Source of the DNA: Octopus bimaculoides
Lineage: Eukaryota
Reading direction: 5' to 3'
Length of the DNA: 64,000 bases
NCBI RefSeq assembly: GCF_001194135.2
Contig: NC_068997.1
Coordinates: 38,763,651-38,827,650, forward strand
Below, piece after piece: positions 1 through 13,289 of this stretch (positions are counted from its first letter, which is position 1; the number at the start of each line of letters is the position of its first letter). Both the position numbers and the translations under genes were made by a program. The notes beneath the pieces were generated by a model. That model worked only from the letters and a program-made list of their open reading frames with translations. It was not told where the DNA came from and searched no databases.

Positions 1-1339
1 ATGTGAGAGTTAAAGTTTTCAACACTGACAAACAAGGGGAAAGAAGAGGGAGAACTTACATGGAGGTCATAGTCTGCAAAGAAATATTGGATTGAAAGGT
101 GTACGCAGATTTAAATGTGACCCATTGCCTAGGCTTATAAGTTACCAACAATGTGATTTTCAGAGTATGCCATGTTGTATTAAATTTTTACCCCCATGTG
201 ACCCCTATATTTTACATATAAAATAATTTTTTTACTATAAAATTTTTGTTTTCTAGATATGAGATTGTGACCATGTAAATTTTAAAATGTAATTTTTCTG
301 TTTATGGGAAAAATAAGAGTGAATATTCATTTTATGAGTGCTGTGTATTAAGTCTATAAAATTGTGCGCATTAAGTAATCATCGTATTCCAATTTCCTTC
401 ACTTTTCAGTGAATAGCAGATGAATGACGACTATCTTTTGATACACACACAACACAGGCTATGCTTTCAGGCATTTTGGGATAAAGTTTTAGGAATAACC
501 CAATAGGTTTACTATTAATTCTGTGAAATATTCATGGGTCCTGTTAGTTAAAATATATGATCTTTTAGTTTTACCTGCAACTTTGGATTGATTTACTTTT
601 ACCTTTTCTTTTGCTGTTTCATTTTCTTCTTGTCACTGTTGTTCAGTCATCTGTCATTAAAGTCATGTTTCCTCCTTGGTCTGAATCATTTCTAAAAACA
701 TTGGACTTGTGCGGATGATATCATACCTTTACTACAAATATACCATTGTGCATCTTGGAGTTGAAGGAATTTGTTTATAAAATATTTTACTCTGTTTCTG
801 GTTTTGCAAAACAATGCTAGTAGACATTGGTTTTTTTTTTCTGACAGCATGTAAAATCATTCTTTTTTTTTGTTTTGCTTTCTTCAGTAATTAGAATTTT
901 CTTTGGAAGTAAGTAATTTTTATTTGAAATTTAGGAGCAATTTCACTTCTAATCAAGGCATGATTATGTATTACTGTACAAAATCATGGGGTTCAGTCTT
1001 CACTGTGACTCAGTTATTGGATCCTGAAGTTGTACTATGACTAGAAATGTTTGTTGTTACATTTGCATTTTTCATGGAAAAGAAAGTTAGAAAATTTCAA
1101 TTTTATTGTGGTATAAATATGTGTATATTTTAAAAGCAAAAAGAATTTTGAGCCATATACAGCTACAGAGTATGTATTTATAAAAAAAAATTACAGCTTG
1201 TAATTTTTTAAAAGGATTTAATGAACTTTAATTTATTGGCCATGGATTAGACGTAAACAATAATTTAGAATTTACCAAAGTAAAATAAATTTCATTCTGG
1301 AACAGTTGCTATAACATTTTAAGAATTATAGATTGCTCT

Positions 1340-2900
1340 ATAAGTAATAAATCTTCAACTCTGGGTTTTTTTTTCTAGCAGGTTGACAGTTAATGTAGAC
1401 TTTCTGTATGGTAGATTCATTGGAGCAGTCAGCAGTAAGAAAACATGTGAAATGGATAGTGCGAAATGTTTGATAGACTCCTTCTTGTTGTCAACAACTT
1501 TTGTCATGTAGGTAACCTGATTAACAGTGTAGGAGGGTGCTCCAAGAGCATAGAAGGCAGAGTAAGAATAACATGGATAAGGTTCAGGTAATGCCTCTGC
1601 CAGTAATGAATAATGATGAAGAATGAAGGGCAGATTATCTGATGCTTGTGTATAAACATTTATACTACATAATTGTGAGACATAGGCTTTTGAATGAAGT
1701 GTTTTGCAAAGTTCCCATGAATAGCCAATCTTAAACTTTTCTGTTGTAGTCTGGAGAACTATAGCAAACAAGAAGGGGCTGTGAACTAACTCCTGATGGA
1801 CACTAAAATTCTTGCTGAACTTGTTGCTAACTCAGCTTTGCTTACAGCAATGGCTTGCATGACATTCACATGTCAGAAGATTACAGGTTGTGCCACCCTG
1901 TCAAAGGCTTTCTTCATCAAAGTCAATAAATCCTTGAGACAGCTGTTAGCTCCTTCTGTAGTTGTCACACTAGGAAGCAGACACCACTGTTGCCTTGTTC
2001 TAGGAGACAAAACAAACTGCATCTCATCTAACCTTCTTTCCATAACTTTCAGTTTAATGTCTTGGTATTTGTTTCTTTCTAGAGTGTCTCCTTTTCTTTT
2101 ATAGTAGTTGGTGTGTGATGTTGCTATGTTAGTCTTTGGGAATGACTATTCCTTTACTATTGTCTTTATTGTGTTAGTGAATAATGTATGTCCTGGTATG
2201 TCAGTTGTTTACAACATGTCATTGACTATCACTAATACCTGGATTCTTTCTCTGCTTCATATCACTAAAAAGCATCTCAACCTTTGAGCTGTGAATTTCA
2301 GTATTTAATTCCTCCATTGGTTCTGTGTAGGATAGGCACTCTGTCTCAAGCATTGTTCTCATTCAGCCATCTCAGGTTGCAGCAGTTCCATACTTCTCCT
2401 TAGCATCAATCAGGGCATATGTACCACTTTCATTACATGCACTTCTCACAACTGACATTCTGATTTACTGATACTGGTTTGTAATCTGGAATACCTCACA
2501 TTTCTAATTTTCACATCACTCCTCTTACTTTCCACTCCACTCCTTGCTTAGAATACTTGATATCTTAGTCACTCTCCTAACTATCTGATATTTCCATCAT
2601 TCTTTCTAGGCTTACTGCTTATCTTTTTTTTATTTATAAAATTCTATTGACTGTACTATTCACCCATGTTATCTTCTGCTTGGCTAGCACCAATGCTCCA
2701 TCCACAAATCTGTTCAGTGGCTCACAGCAGTTTGTTTTATAAAACCTTCCATTTATCTTCTATGTCATGGGTCTCTGCCTCTTTTTCCTTGCCATGTGCA
2801 TCACTGATTGTTTCTTTAAACAATTGGTGATGCAAATATCAGGGAGGATTCTGGGTGAAGGATCTTCCAGTTTCCATACCTTCCCTCCCTGGATTGTCTT
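1340..2900 (-). mobile_element. Decayed RTE-clade LINE (ORF2 linker plus reverse transcriptase)
   Basis: Minus-strand peptides across frameshifts: IEDKWKVL..ATEQICGW, YKRKGDTLERNKYQDIKL (YKGKGD..NYRGIKL motif), EMQF, KAFDRV, VHQ..HSPFLF (QGSVLSPLLF-like) and SWEL (PWELLYADD-like). Confidence 0.8.
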
Positions 2901-5789
2901 TTGTCTTTAGATCCTTTTAGCTGTTGCTGTGATGTCACTAGTATATATTGAGCTGTCCATTCTACCCCAGTGAAAAATTTAATAGAACTAATTCAACTTG
3001 CTATGTATTCCATTTCCTGGTGATCATAAAATCTATATGGCTTATGTATTCACCTGAGTGGTTAGTGAATATGGTTTGTTTTCTCAAGTTAGTTTTGCAA
3101 ATAGTTAAGTGGTTCACTTTTCCAAAACAAATAAACAATCAGTTTGTGTTAATTTTTTTAACAGAAAATTTATATTTTCCTTTATGATATAGTTTTCAAC
3201 ATTCACTTTTTTTTCTTCTGTTTTTGCTTTTTTGTATGTTTGCTTCTGTTTCTTTTCTGCACTTTGTGATTTGTTTTCTTGTAAATATTCTTCTATTTTT
3301 AAAAACTTTTTCAAACTTTGAGTTAGAGTCTCAAATTTTAGGTCATGGCACTCTGTGGGTTTCTTCAAATGCTTTTCGCGTTTAGTAACATTCTAGGAAT
3401 TTTGAAGCAAAACCCATGTTCAGTCTTTGAAGGTAGATTATTCTTGTACCAATTTGCATGCCAGAAATATCTTGGTATTAGTTTTTCTTGATCTTGTGAT
3501 GCTGTATGCTCATGCCTTTTAGAAGCTGTGCATGATTGAGTTTGTTCTGGTTTGTTCAAAATTTGAAAGGAGGTCTTTTTAAGAAGCTCCTTATTTACAA
3601 ATGGAACTATAAATAACAGTTCCCAATATATACGGTAAAAATCTCCTGATATGGAAAAAAAGAGTGGACATAATCACTTTACAGACTCAAACAGTGTGCT
3701 TATTATGTGTTAGATACTCATGGTAGGATACTTTTATAGAACATATAACCACACAGCCACTCCTGTGCCTCCTTAATTCTTAATAGAAATATATAATTGC
3801 ATATACTATATGATCTCACTCGTGTGTTAGTTAATTGTTCTAACATTTACTTATTTGATGGTTTTGTTAGGTTTGAAGCTCCATATAAATTTACATATAT
3901 TTAAATGCTGAAGTGCAGTGAAGGAGTACTGAACTGTGGACCCAAATTTCTTGTGTTTTGTTGTGCTTTAATACAAAGCCTACAAACCATAATCATCATT
4001 GGAAATAACCACTTGATGGTTTTAGAAAGTGTAGCAAATATCCAGCTCTGAGGAAACTATTCAACTATATACTAACATGAGTGAGAGAGAAAAAAAAACA
4101 TGTAAAAAATTCATAAAAAAAAGTAAGCAAATAAAACATAGATAANNNNNNNNNNTTCCATATTGTTATAATAAGTTTTATAAATTTCCACTCAGGAATT
4201 CCACAGTTTATTGTTTCATTTGATAAAACTAACTAAACATAACTATTTTTATTGTATTATTTTTATTAATCAGTGAAAGAGTCTTAAAAGATTTCAAATC
4301 TTGCAAACAGAATTTTATTGCAAATAGTTGCTGAACATTTATATCCTGTCTTGGTAGGTGATGAATTATCATTACTCTGGAATCACATCAATATAATATA
4401 CAATAGAAATATAAAAGAAAATGTAATAATTATTTCTATATGTAAGTTTCAGAAAATAAATCTAATCAAAACTGATGATTTTTTTGGTATTAATTTGATA
4501 TTTCTCTCCTCCCCTTTTTATTTTCCTTTTACTTTACCTAGCCAAAAAGTTGAGTAGCAGATACGAGTTAAGACAGTGAAATATTATCAGCTGAAAAACC
4601 AGGAGCTAATAAACCAGTATACTTCAGTTAGAAGAAATTCTAGTATAAGAAGTATATTGTATAAATATATTGTGCTTAACACCTGAAGATAGGATTATAG
4701 AAATCTTGGAGAACTTTAGAATAAAATAATTGCAACTATTATGCAAACTATATATTTTTGTTATATGTAAATTGTTTTCATTGTAGGATGTTGACAATTT
4801 TAATATCTTGAAACCACAAGTATTTAATATTGAGTATGTGAATTAGCTTTTTTAAATTTACAGTTTTCCTTGATATATTTTTGCTTTTATCATAAAATTA
4901 ATACTATCATAATAGATATTCACCTTTCTTCCCTTCACCTCTTACACATTCCATTTTTATGGAATGTCTTGCTAGATGAATTACCCTGGAGTGGCAAAGA
5001 ACATAAAATTGTTAACAGTGATGAAGATTAATTTTGTTAATTTTGTTTCTGCAACATTGCCCCACCTTCAAATTATATTAGCAAATAGTATTTTCGAAAG
5101 ATTTACTGAAGAGTTTATTGAATTTTAATGTAGTTTTCCCTCTTTTTAAATGACTACATTATTTATATTAAATTTATATTAAGTTTTGTAGCAAGTTTTC
5201 ATTTCTAACAATATGATTACTTTGTGAAATGTGAAGAACCAGGTGTAATAAAGTATTTTGTTATTTGTTGCTGTAATTCTTAATATTGAGAATTATAGCA
5301 ACAAACATGAAATATATTTTTATAGAACGGAATTTAATTACTGTTTGAAATGGATTAATCTTCATTAAAACTTGTTGCTCAAGAAAAAAAAAATGTATTT
5401 TTTAAGTAAATTAAATAGGTTATGATTAAAGGTTTGGGAATTATTAACTTTTCTTTTCATGGATGTGTATTAAGAATGAATTTTTCTATCATGCAGTCCA
5501 TTATTTTCAATTTCAAATATCTAATTTCTTTTTCCTCCTTTGATTTGTACTTAACTTCTTACTAAGTTACAATCTGTAACTTGCTTGACTCTTGTTTTGA
5601 TTATTTTTCTTCTGTTTTAATAATTCTTTTGAATTTTTAATAATTCTTATGGCATATGGCTCTTTGTTGTAACCATTGTTATTACCTTGTTGTAGTGTGA
5701 CTATTTGTGCATGGGTGTATATATGTTTATGAGTACAAACAGAGAAGAGAACTCAATACATGATGCAAAGTTTATATCTTGTTTAAAAT

Positions 5790-6788
5790 TTTTTTACTTG
5801 TTTCAGTCATTAGACTGCAGCCATGCTGGGGCACTACCTTGAAGAATTTTAGTTGAATGAATTGACCCCAATACTTATTCTTTTTAAGCCTGGTACTTTT
5901 GGTACTTTTGCTGGATTGCTAAGTTATAGGGAGGTAAACATATCAACAGTGGTTGTCGAGCGGTGATGGAGAACAAACAGGCACAAAGACATAAACACAC
6001 ACACACACACACACATGATTGAACCAAATTTGATGACTGGCACCTGTGCCAGTGGGGCACTAAGAGCACCGTCCGAGCGTGATCGTTGCCAGAGCAGCTG
6101 TCTGGCTTCCGTCACGTAAATAACACCATTTGAGCATGATCGTTATCAGCGTTGCCTTACTGGCACGGAAAAAAAAACATTCGAGCAAGGTCGTTGCCAG
6201 TGCCGCTGGACTGGCTCCTGTGCAAGCGTCATGTAAAAAACACCATTTTGAGCGTGGCCGTTGCCAGTACCGCCTGACTGGCCCTCATGCCGGTGGCATG
6301 TAAAAGCACCCACTACACTCTTGGAGTGGTTGGCATTAGAAAGGGCATCCTGCTGTAGAAACTCTGCCGAATAAGATTGGAGCTTGGTGCAGCCTTCTAG
6401 TTCNNNNNNNNNNNNNNNNNNNNNNNNNNNNNNNNNNNNNNNNNNNNNNNNNNNNNNNNNNNNNNNNNNNNNNNNNNNNNNNNNNNNNNNNNNNNNNNNN
6501 NNNNNNNNNNNNNNNNNNNNNNNNNNNNNNNNNNNNNNNNNNNNNNNNNNNNNNNNNNNNNNNNNNNNNNNNNNNNNNNNNNNNNNNNNNNNNNNNNNNN
6601 NNNNNNNNNNNNNNNTATATATAAAATAGGCTTCTTTCAGTTTCCGTCTGCCAAATCCACTCACAAGGCCTTGGTTGGCCCAAGTCTATAGGAGGAGACA
6701 CTTGCCCAAGGTGTCATGTGGTGAGACTGAACCCAGAACCATGTGGTTGGTAAGGAAACCTCTTACCACACAGTCATGCCTGTGCCTA
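5790..6788 (-). mobile_element. tRNA-derived SINE with CORE-like motif (octopus-type), interrupted in its internal (CA)n tract
   Basis: 3' part at about 5790-6016 and 5' part at about 6616-6788 match the complete copy at 39825-40232; the centre holds an RTE 3'UTR and an N-gap. Confidence 0.85.
6020..6403 (+). mobile_element. RTE LINE 3'UTR fragment nested in the SINE, with about 4 degenerate ~60-bp internal units
   Basis: GAGTGGTTGGCATTAGAAAGGGCATCC..GTAGAAACTCTGCC matches the 3'UTR of the RTE at 21682-22445 and the copy at 55882. Confidence 0.8.
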
Positions 6789-6899
6789 TTTAATCTCTAT
6801 TTATAGATTAAAAGTTGATAATTAACTGCTGTTGAGAGGTGTTTTGGATAACTGTATATAACTCCTTTGAAAAGACCGAGGCCTCTGAGCAGACAGATA

Positions 6900-8110
6900 A
6901 ATAGATTTCAAGTGTTAAAGGTTTATTGTTAATGATAGGGGCTGTGTGGATGTATGTTGACAATTGTAGTGTATGATCTAGAAGGCAATGCTGTTAGGCA
7001 AGACATTTATGTGTATGTGTGTCAGTAGAAAGTCTTGCCTTGCTTTACTTGAGCTGGGAAATTCCTGACTATATTCAAAGTTATGTAGTGGATTACATTC
7101 CCCTATCTGGGTTTCATCTGGTAGAAGTGACATCCTTCATATAAAGCATTTTTCACATAAACTTAACTTCTTGCTGAAACCACTTCTGGTTTGGATCTTG
7201 TTATATTAGGAGGCAGCTTTGTTAAAAATGTTCCTGCCTAAGGATATATTGAAAATCTCTTATCCATTCTGACTACAGGATTTATGATGGTAGGGAGTGG
7301 GTAGATTTTTTATGGAAGTATAGTTTCATCATTTGGCTGTCTATTGAGGTAATTCTTGGCTGAAAATAAATATAATGTCTAGGAAATTGACAATTATCAA
7401 GATAGTGCTAATAGTAGTGTTTAACCCTTTAGTATTTAAACTGGCCATATCTGGCTCAAAATATTCTACCTGTTTTACATGCAAACCGACTAAATCCAGC
7501 CTCTCACACCTACCCTACAATGTCATTTTAAGATAAATAATCACATCACTGAAATCTCGAAGCTACAGAATAATGTATGATTAATTAAAAAATAATGTGA
7601 ATAAATAAGTACTACATTTGACAAAGTAATCTGAATATTAAAGGGTTAAGTTCAAATTTCTTAAATATTCTTATTAAATCTTTTCTAAATCTGTCCTTGA
7701 AGTGGCTCTTCATTTTGCAAGAGATTGCTAAGTCATCTTCTCTGTATCTTGAGCTGTGAAGGGTGGTTTGCTATCTTAGGGCATTGAGGACAAATAATTC
7801 CATGAGATCTGCTACCATAACAGCATCATAGCTTCTCATGGTAACATTGAACACATGAGTTTACCCAGTTCTTTGACTGAGCAGGTATCAGTGTGGTGTA
7901 ACAGATTTCTTCACATTCATTACTATGAATGTGAAGAGATCTACTGCAAGTTATAATTAATTCTCCCCTTAAGTCCAGGTCATCCAAGAGGAGGGATTTA
8001 GATGTATTATAAACATGAGTATCCTCTCTTATATGCATTAGTACAGCTGCTTTTTGATCTGTGACATTTTTAGCTACATAACCTCCCTTAAACAATAAGA
8101 ATCAACTTTG
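6900..8110 (-). mobile_element. Penelope-like element remnant (RT region)
   Basis: Minus strand FNVTMRSYDAVMVADLMELFVL followed by RYREDDLA resembles the PLE motif FDVTMGSYDGAEVCELVG...LYRDDGLA. Degenerate matches to downstream PLE motifs at 7000-7270. Interrupted by a MITE. Confidence 0.65.
7425..7645 (+). mobile_element. piggyBac-type MITE, copy 1
   Basis: TTAA(7421-7424)|CCCTTTA...TAAAGGG|TTAA(7646-7649): TTAA target duplication and CCCTTT termini, no coding capacity. Confidence 0.9.
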
Positions 8111-8277
8111 CCAGAGCACTGTGGGTATTCTAGTAGCCTTCACCATTCATAAAATATTGTCTGAATAATGATATGTATAATTTACATGTGAAGTTAAGTA
8201 ACTATAAAGTGAAGCAGTGTGTGTGTAAGTGTGTACATACATATGTACGTGTGTATGTTTTACATACACACACACAT

Positions 8278-8455
8278 GCTAGTGGCATGTAAAAAGCACC
8301 CAGTATATTCTGCAAAGTGGTTGGTGATAGGAAAGACATCCAGCAATAGAACCATGCCAAATCAGACACTGGAATACATTGCAGTCATTGGACTCATCAG
8401 GTATGCCAAACCACCCAACTCAGGGCCCAGCACGGGACAGGGACATTAATTGATG
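8278..8455 (+). mobile_element. RTE LINE 3'UTR fragment
   Basis: GTGGCATGTAAAAAGCACCC...GTGGTTGGTGATAGGAAAGACATCCAGC is homologous to the other RTE 3'UTR copies. Confidence 0.7.
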
Positions 8456-8464
8456 ATTATAATG

Positions 8465-8499
<35 letters not shown>

Positions 8500-10442
8500 T
8501 GTGTGTGCGCATGCATGCATACATATGGGTGTTTATATATGTTTGTATGTGCACATATATATGCGTGTGTGTTATTTATATGACTTGATCAACACTCTTT
8601 TGCTATATTGCTTGGTTTAGTTTCCTTAGCAGGAGTATACATTTAGAGTATCCTTTCTTTTGTCTTGTCTAGTTTTCAGGTATCTTGTTCTGAAATCTCT
8701 TTTACTTAGAATTCAGTTGTTAGAAACCTGACATCAGTGACAATAACTTTTGTTACATCATTAATATGCTAAGATACTAATTAGTAGTGGTCTTGTTTAT
8801 ATGAAATCTTTTATGGTTTCCCTTCACTCATTATATGTGTCTAACTGATTGTATATTGGCCAACAATGGCACAAAACAACATCACACATACACTCTCACA
8901 CACATATGTTGCATACCTTGATTTAGTAATAATAGTTTATTTAAACTGGAAGCCCAATGAAGTAGTGAATCAGTGAGCTTCATAACCGCTTAGCTCAAAT
9001 GAAAAACTGCCATTTACTGATAATAACACTAGGTTATAAATTAATGATCTTTTTCTTTTCTCTTTGAGAAGAATTTACTTCGACTATTAACTGTTGTAAC
9101 CATAAGAATCATAAGAATACTTTGATTTTCCTCCCCACAACATGCTATATTTACTGAGTAGGAAGTAATAACTATATTTGTGATGGTTGCATTATTTACT
9201 GTATATTCACCTCACTATGAATTTATCCTCTCTTTTATTATAACTTTCAAAAGACAACAGAGAAATATTGGCAGAGGGATATAAAACAGAAACAGCACAC
9301 AAAGGAACTTACTTTTCTCTCATTTTTCAAAGCAGTTTCAAGTTTCTTTTTCCAGCTTTGGCAGAATGGCAGAAACCTGCCTCTATTTGATAAGTTTATT
9401 AGCTTTATTGTCATTAAAATATGCACCAGTGATTTCTTGTTCTTGTTAGCATTGTTTTGCTTTGTTTTAGTTGTTATGTTTACATCTTTCTTTCTCTTAT
9501 GATTTCACTGTTTTAACTTGTTAAATGTCAGGTGTAGAGTTTTCTCAGCCACTTTTAATGGCCTTGTCAAACAATGCAGATGTTAGCTGCTGCTACTGCA
9601 AGCTTTTCCTCTCTATTTTCCTCTTTTAAATTCAGCATTTTAAAAATTGAATAACAAAAAAGAAGGAAGAAATCGTTTTAAAAAAGTTTTTAAAAAACGT
9701 TTTAAAAAATGGCAGCATAAGTTTCCAGAAGGAAAGAGAAAGAAGTATTCAAATGGTTGAAAGAATTTAAACTAAACAAAACATAAGAAAGTTTTAAAAT
9801 AATGAATTCCATAAATGTTCTTTGGTTCTTAAATCTTGCCTAAGTTTCCTTGTTTTATTGCTAGCACAATGTTCATTATGAAACTAAATAGCAAACTAGA
9901 TTATTATCACTACTATATGTTTATTCCTTCAATTTCTAATTACTGCCAACTCTCTCCTACCATCTTCATTTTTCACTTTGCCTTATTATATTTATTCATT
10001 TCTTCATACTTTTTTCGCTATTCAGCATTTCCCTAACAGTTTAGGTATTTTGCCAACTTCAAATTATATTAAATAAGTCTTTATATCAAAAGAAATGGAG
10101 TGAGCAAGTTTGAATTTAATGTTGTTTTGCAACATTTTTGGACATATTAATTCTGCATTTGAAACTTGCCATGGAAAAGCTAATTTTTCAGAGATTTGTT
10201 AACTTTCGTTTATGCAAGAGGATACTAGTTTTAATCAATCTCATTCTTTGTGTGTGTGTGTGTAAACCTCATAAGCCATAAAGATGCTTGCAATATACAC
10301 AAACACACCCCACTTCCTTAATCTTCATTTGGAAAGCTAAGCTATGATGATGTTGATTATGATAGTGTGTGTATGTGTGTGTGTATACACACAAAAAGAA
10401 AGAATATATATGCAGGAAAATACGAGTATGAATGTAGTTATG

Positions 10443-10498
<56 letters not shown>

Positions 10499-10654
10499 GG
10501 TAATGATTTTCCCTGTGTAAATGCATAAATGTAATCCTTTTCCCAAATAAATTGTACTTTATATGCAAGGCTCTGATGAAGCTATAGGGTGTTATTCAGG
10601 CACTCAACTATGAGACCACTGCATATTATAGCAGAAACGGCTGTAAACCCATAT

Positions 10655-12231
10655 AATCAGACCCAAACAAGTATCAAATTGTCCACCAAAACAATTGAAG
10701 CCTCTCAACTGAGGTTGAAACACTGTGTAACCCATAGAGCATGAAAGCAATACTGCAAGCTAATGAAGAGTGATTGGTTATAGACTGCTAGATTGCTCAC
10801 ACTTCCTCTGATGAGCCATATTTATCCTTGGATGGCCTCAGTCAGAAAGAGTTAAGAAGCAGAATTGTGTTTTGATATAGCACAATATTAGCAATAGCAG
10901 TTGGTAGACAGTCCTGGGGTTCATAAGATAATCATCCAAGGATAAATATGGTTCATCAGAGGAAGTGTGAGCAATCTAGCAGTCTATAACCAATCACTCT
11001 TCATTAGCTTGTAGTATTGCTTTCATGCTCTGTGGGTTACACAGTGTTTCAACCTCAGGTGAGAGGCTTCAATTGTTTTGCTGAACAATTTGATACTTGT
11101 TTGGGTCTGATTCTATGGGTAATGGCTGATGTAAAATCAATAAAAGTTTCACTGTATTGATAATTGACATGGTAACAAAGGATTTCTTGACAATGATCAT
11201 CTCCAATACATATTTTACAGATGTGTGTGTGTGTGTGTGTGTGCGTGTGCATGTGTGCACACGTGTGAGTGTGTGTGTGCGCACACATACACACATGCGC
11301 GCACACATACACACATATGCGCACATACATATGGTAAGAAGCTTGCTTCCCAACCACAAAGTTCCGAGTTCAGTCCCACTGTGTGGTGGCACCTTGGGCA
11401 AGTGTCTTCTACTATACCCTCTGGCTGACCAAAGCCCTGTGAGTGGATTTGGCTGATGGAAACTGAAAGAAACCCGTCGAATATATATATATATATTTGT
11501 GTGTGTATGTATGTTTGTATTTGTGTGTCTGCGTTTGTCCCCCTACCATCATTTCACAACTGATGTTAGCATGTTTATGTCCCCATAACTTAGCAGTTTG
11601 GCAAATGAGACCGATAGAATAAGTACTAGGCTTACTCACACATGTATNNNNNNNNNNNNNNNNNNNNNNNNNNNNNNNNNNNNNNNNNNNNNNNNNNNNN
11701 NNNNNNNNNNNNNNNNNNNNNNNNNNNNNNNNNNNNNNNNNNNNNNNNNNNNNNNNNNNNNNNNNNNNNNNNNNNNNNNNNNNNNNNNNNNNNNNNNNNN
11801 NNNNNNNNNNNNNNNNNNNNNNNNNNNNNNNNNNNNNNNNNNNNNNNNNNNNNNNNNNNNNNNNNNNNTATTGGAGATGATCATTGTCAAGAAATCCTTT
11901 GTTACCATGTCAATTATCAATACAGTGAAACTTTTATTGATTTTACATCAGCCATTACTCATAGAATCAGACCCAAACAAGTATCAAATTGTTCAGCAAA
12001 ACAATTGAAGCCTCTCACCTGAGGTTGAAACACTGTGTAACCCACAGAGCATGAAAGCAATACTACAAGCTAATGAAGAGTGATTGGTTATAGACTGCTA
12101 GATTGCTCACACTTCCTCTGATGAACCATATTTATCCTTGGATGGCCTCAGTCAGAAAGAGTTAAGAAGCAGAATTATGTTTTGATATATCATAATATTA
12201 GCAATAGCAGTTGGTAGACAGTCCTGGGGTT
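10655..12231. repeat. Direct-inverted-direct triplication: A 10655-10921 (+), B 10933-11208 (-), C 11869-12231 (+)
   Basis: A 10655-10834 is the reverse complement of B 10933-11112 (180-bp arms, 98-bp spacer). B 10933-11208 is near-identical to the reverse complement of C 11869-12144. C also repeats the spacer that follows A. Confidence 0.93.
11330..11635 (+). mobile_element. tRNA/CORE-like SINE, 5' and middle part; its 3' end resumes at about 12221-12305
   Basis: GGTAAGAAGCTTGCTTCCCAACCAC..GAGTTCAGTCCC..CACCTTGGGCAAGTGTCTTC. It breaks after AGGCTTAC and continues as GTCCTGGGGTTGATTTG..GCTCCAGCATGGCTGCAGTCAAATGACTGAAAC. Confidence 0.85.
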
Positions 12232-12419
12232 GATTTGTTCCCCCAACATGGAGGTGCTCCAGCATGGCTGCAGTCAAATGACTGAAACAAGTAAAAGAAA
12301 TAAAAATACAATTAATATATTATATATAACTCGTTAATTGCTGATAGGGACATTGTAATTCATTATGCAGTCATAATTTGTGTGCATGTAATGTTTGAAC
12401 GAACACACACACACACACG

Positions 12420-13020
12420 TTTAAGGCTGACTGAAAAATTTGTAGATACTCCTATGGAGTGTGACCTAATGAGGTTTATATTTCAACATAGTCCCCCTTC
12501 ACTGACTTCTATCAATGTTGTTGTGCTTGGGTCTCATTGATGAAGAAGCTTTTGTCCCGTTGGTCAAAAAGGTCATCAACAGCAGATACATCATCATCAT
12601 CACTGCAATACTACTTCTCAGCTAAGTATTTTTTCATGCTAAGGAATAAATGTTAGTCAAATGGGGCCAAATCTAGAGAATAGGGAGAGTAATCAACCAG
12701 TTCAAAACCACAATTATGCACAGCTGCAATTTAAACAAGGATTTGTGTGCTGGAACATTGTCCTAATGAAACAAAACTTGTTTCATCAGTTTTCCTGGGC
12801 ATTTGATCTAAGTGCCTCAGCATGTTGACATAGTACTGTCCATTGGTGGTGTGGCTGTTTTAAAGATACTTAATAAACTCAATGCTTTTTGCATCCAAAA
12901 ATACTGAGGCCTTCACCTTCTCTGCAGATGAAACGATCTTGGCCTTCTTTGGAGTAGGTGAGGAAGGGTGTTTCCACTGCATGGATTGTCTCTTTCTTTC
13001 TGGCTCAAAGTGAAACCGAC
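12420..13020 (-). mobile_element. Mariner transposase remnant (catalytic domain and 3' end)
   Basis: Minus strand RQSMQWKHPSSPTPKKAK..SSAEKVKASVFLDAK and an FH.DN.P.H-like motif; terminal sequence GGCTGACTGAAAAATTT resembles the terminus of the copy at 57434. Confidence 0.85.
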
Positions 13021-13289
13021 GTGATAGATATGTGAGGACATTGAGGTTAAATAGCAGGTAAACGAGGTGTTGATGATGGAGACCACACAGGGAGGGGAGA
13101 GAAGGTACAGAAAGGAAGTGATTGGTGGAGACAGTAGACAGGGGAAGAAAAGTAACTGTGAAGGAGAAAAGGTAACTGAAAAAGCCAGGGGCAGTAGTAT
13201 GTGCCTGTTCTGTTCTCAGGTGATAGAGGAAGTGATGGATGTTAGAGGATGAAATGTGTGTAGTGGTTTTAGAATATCAGCTCTGCTGT

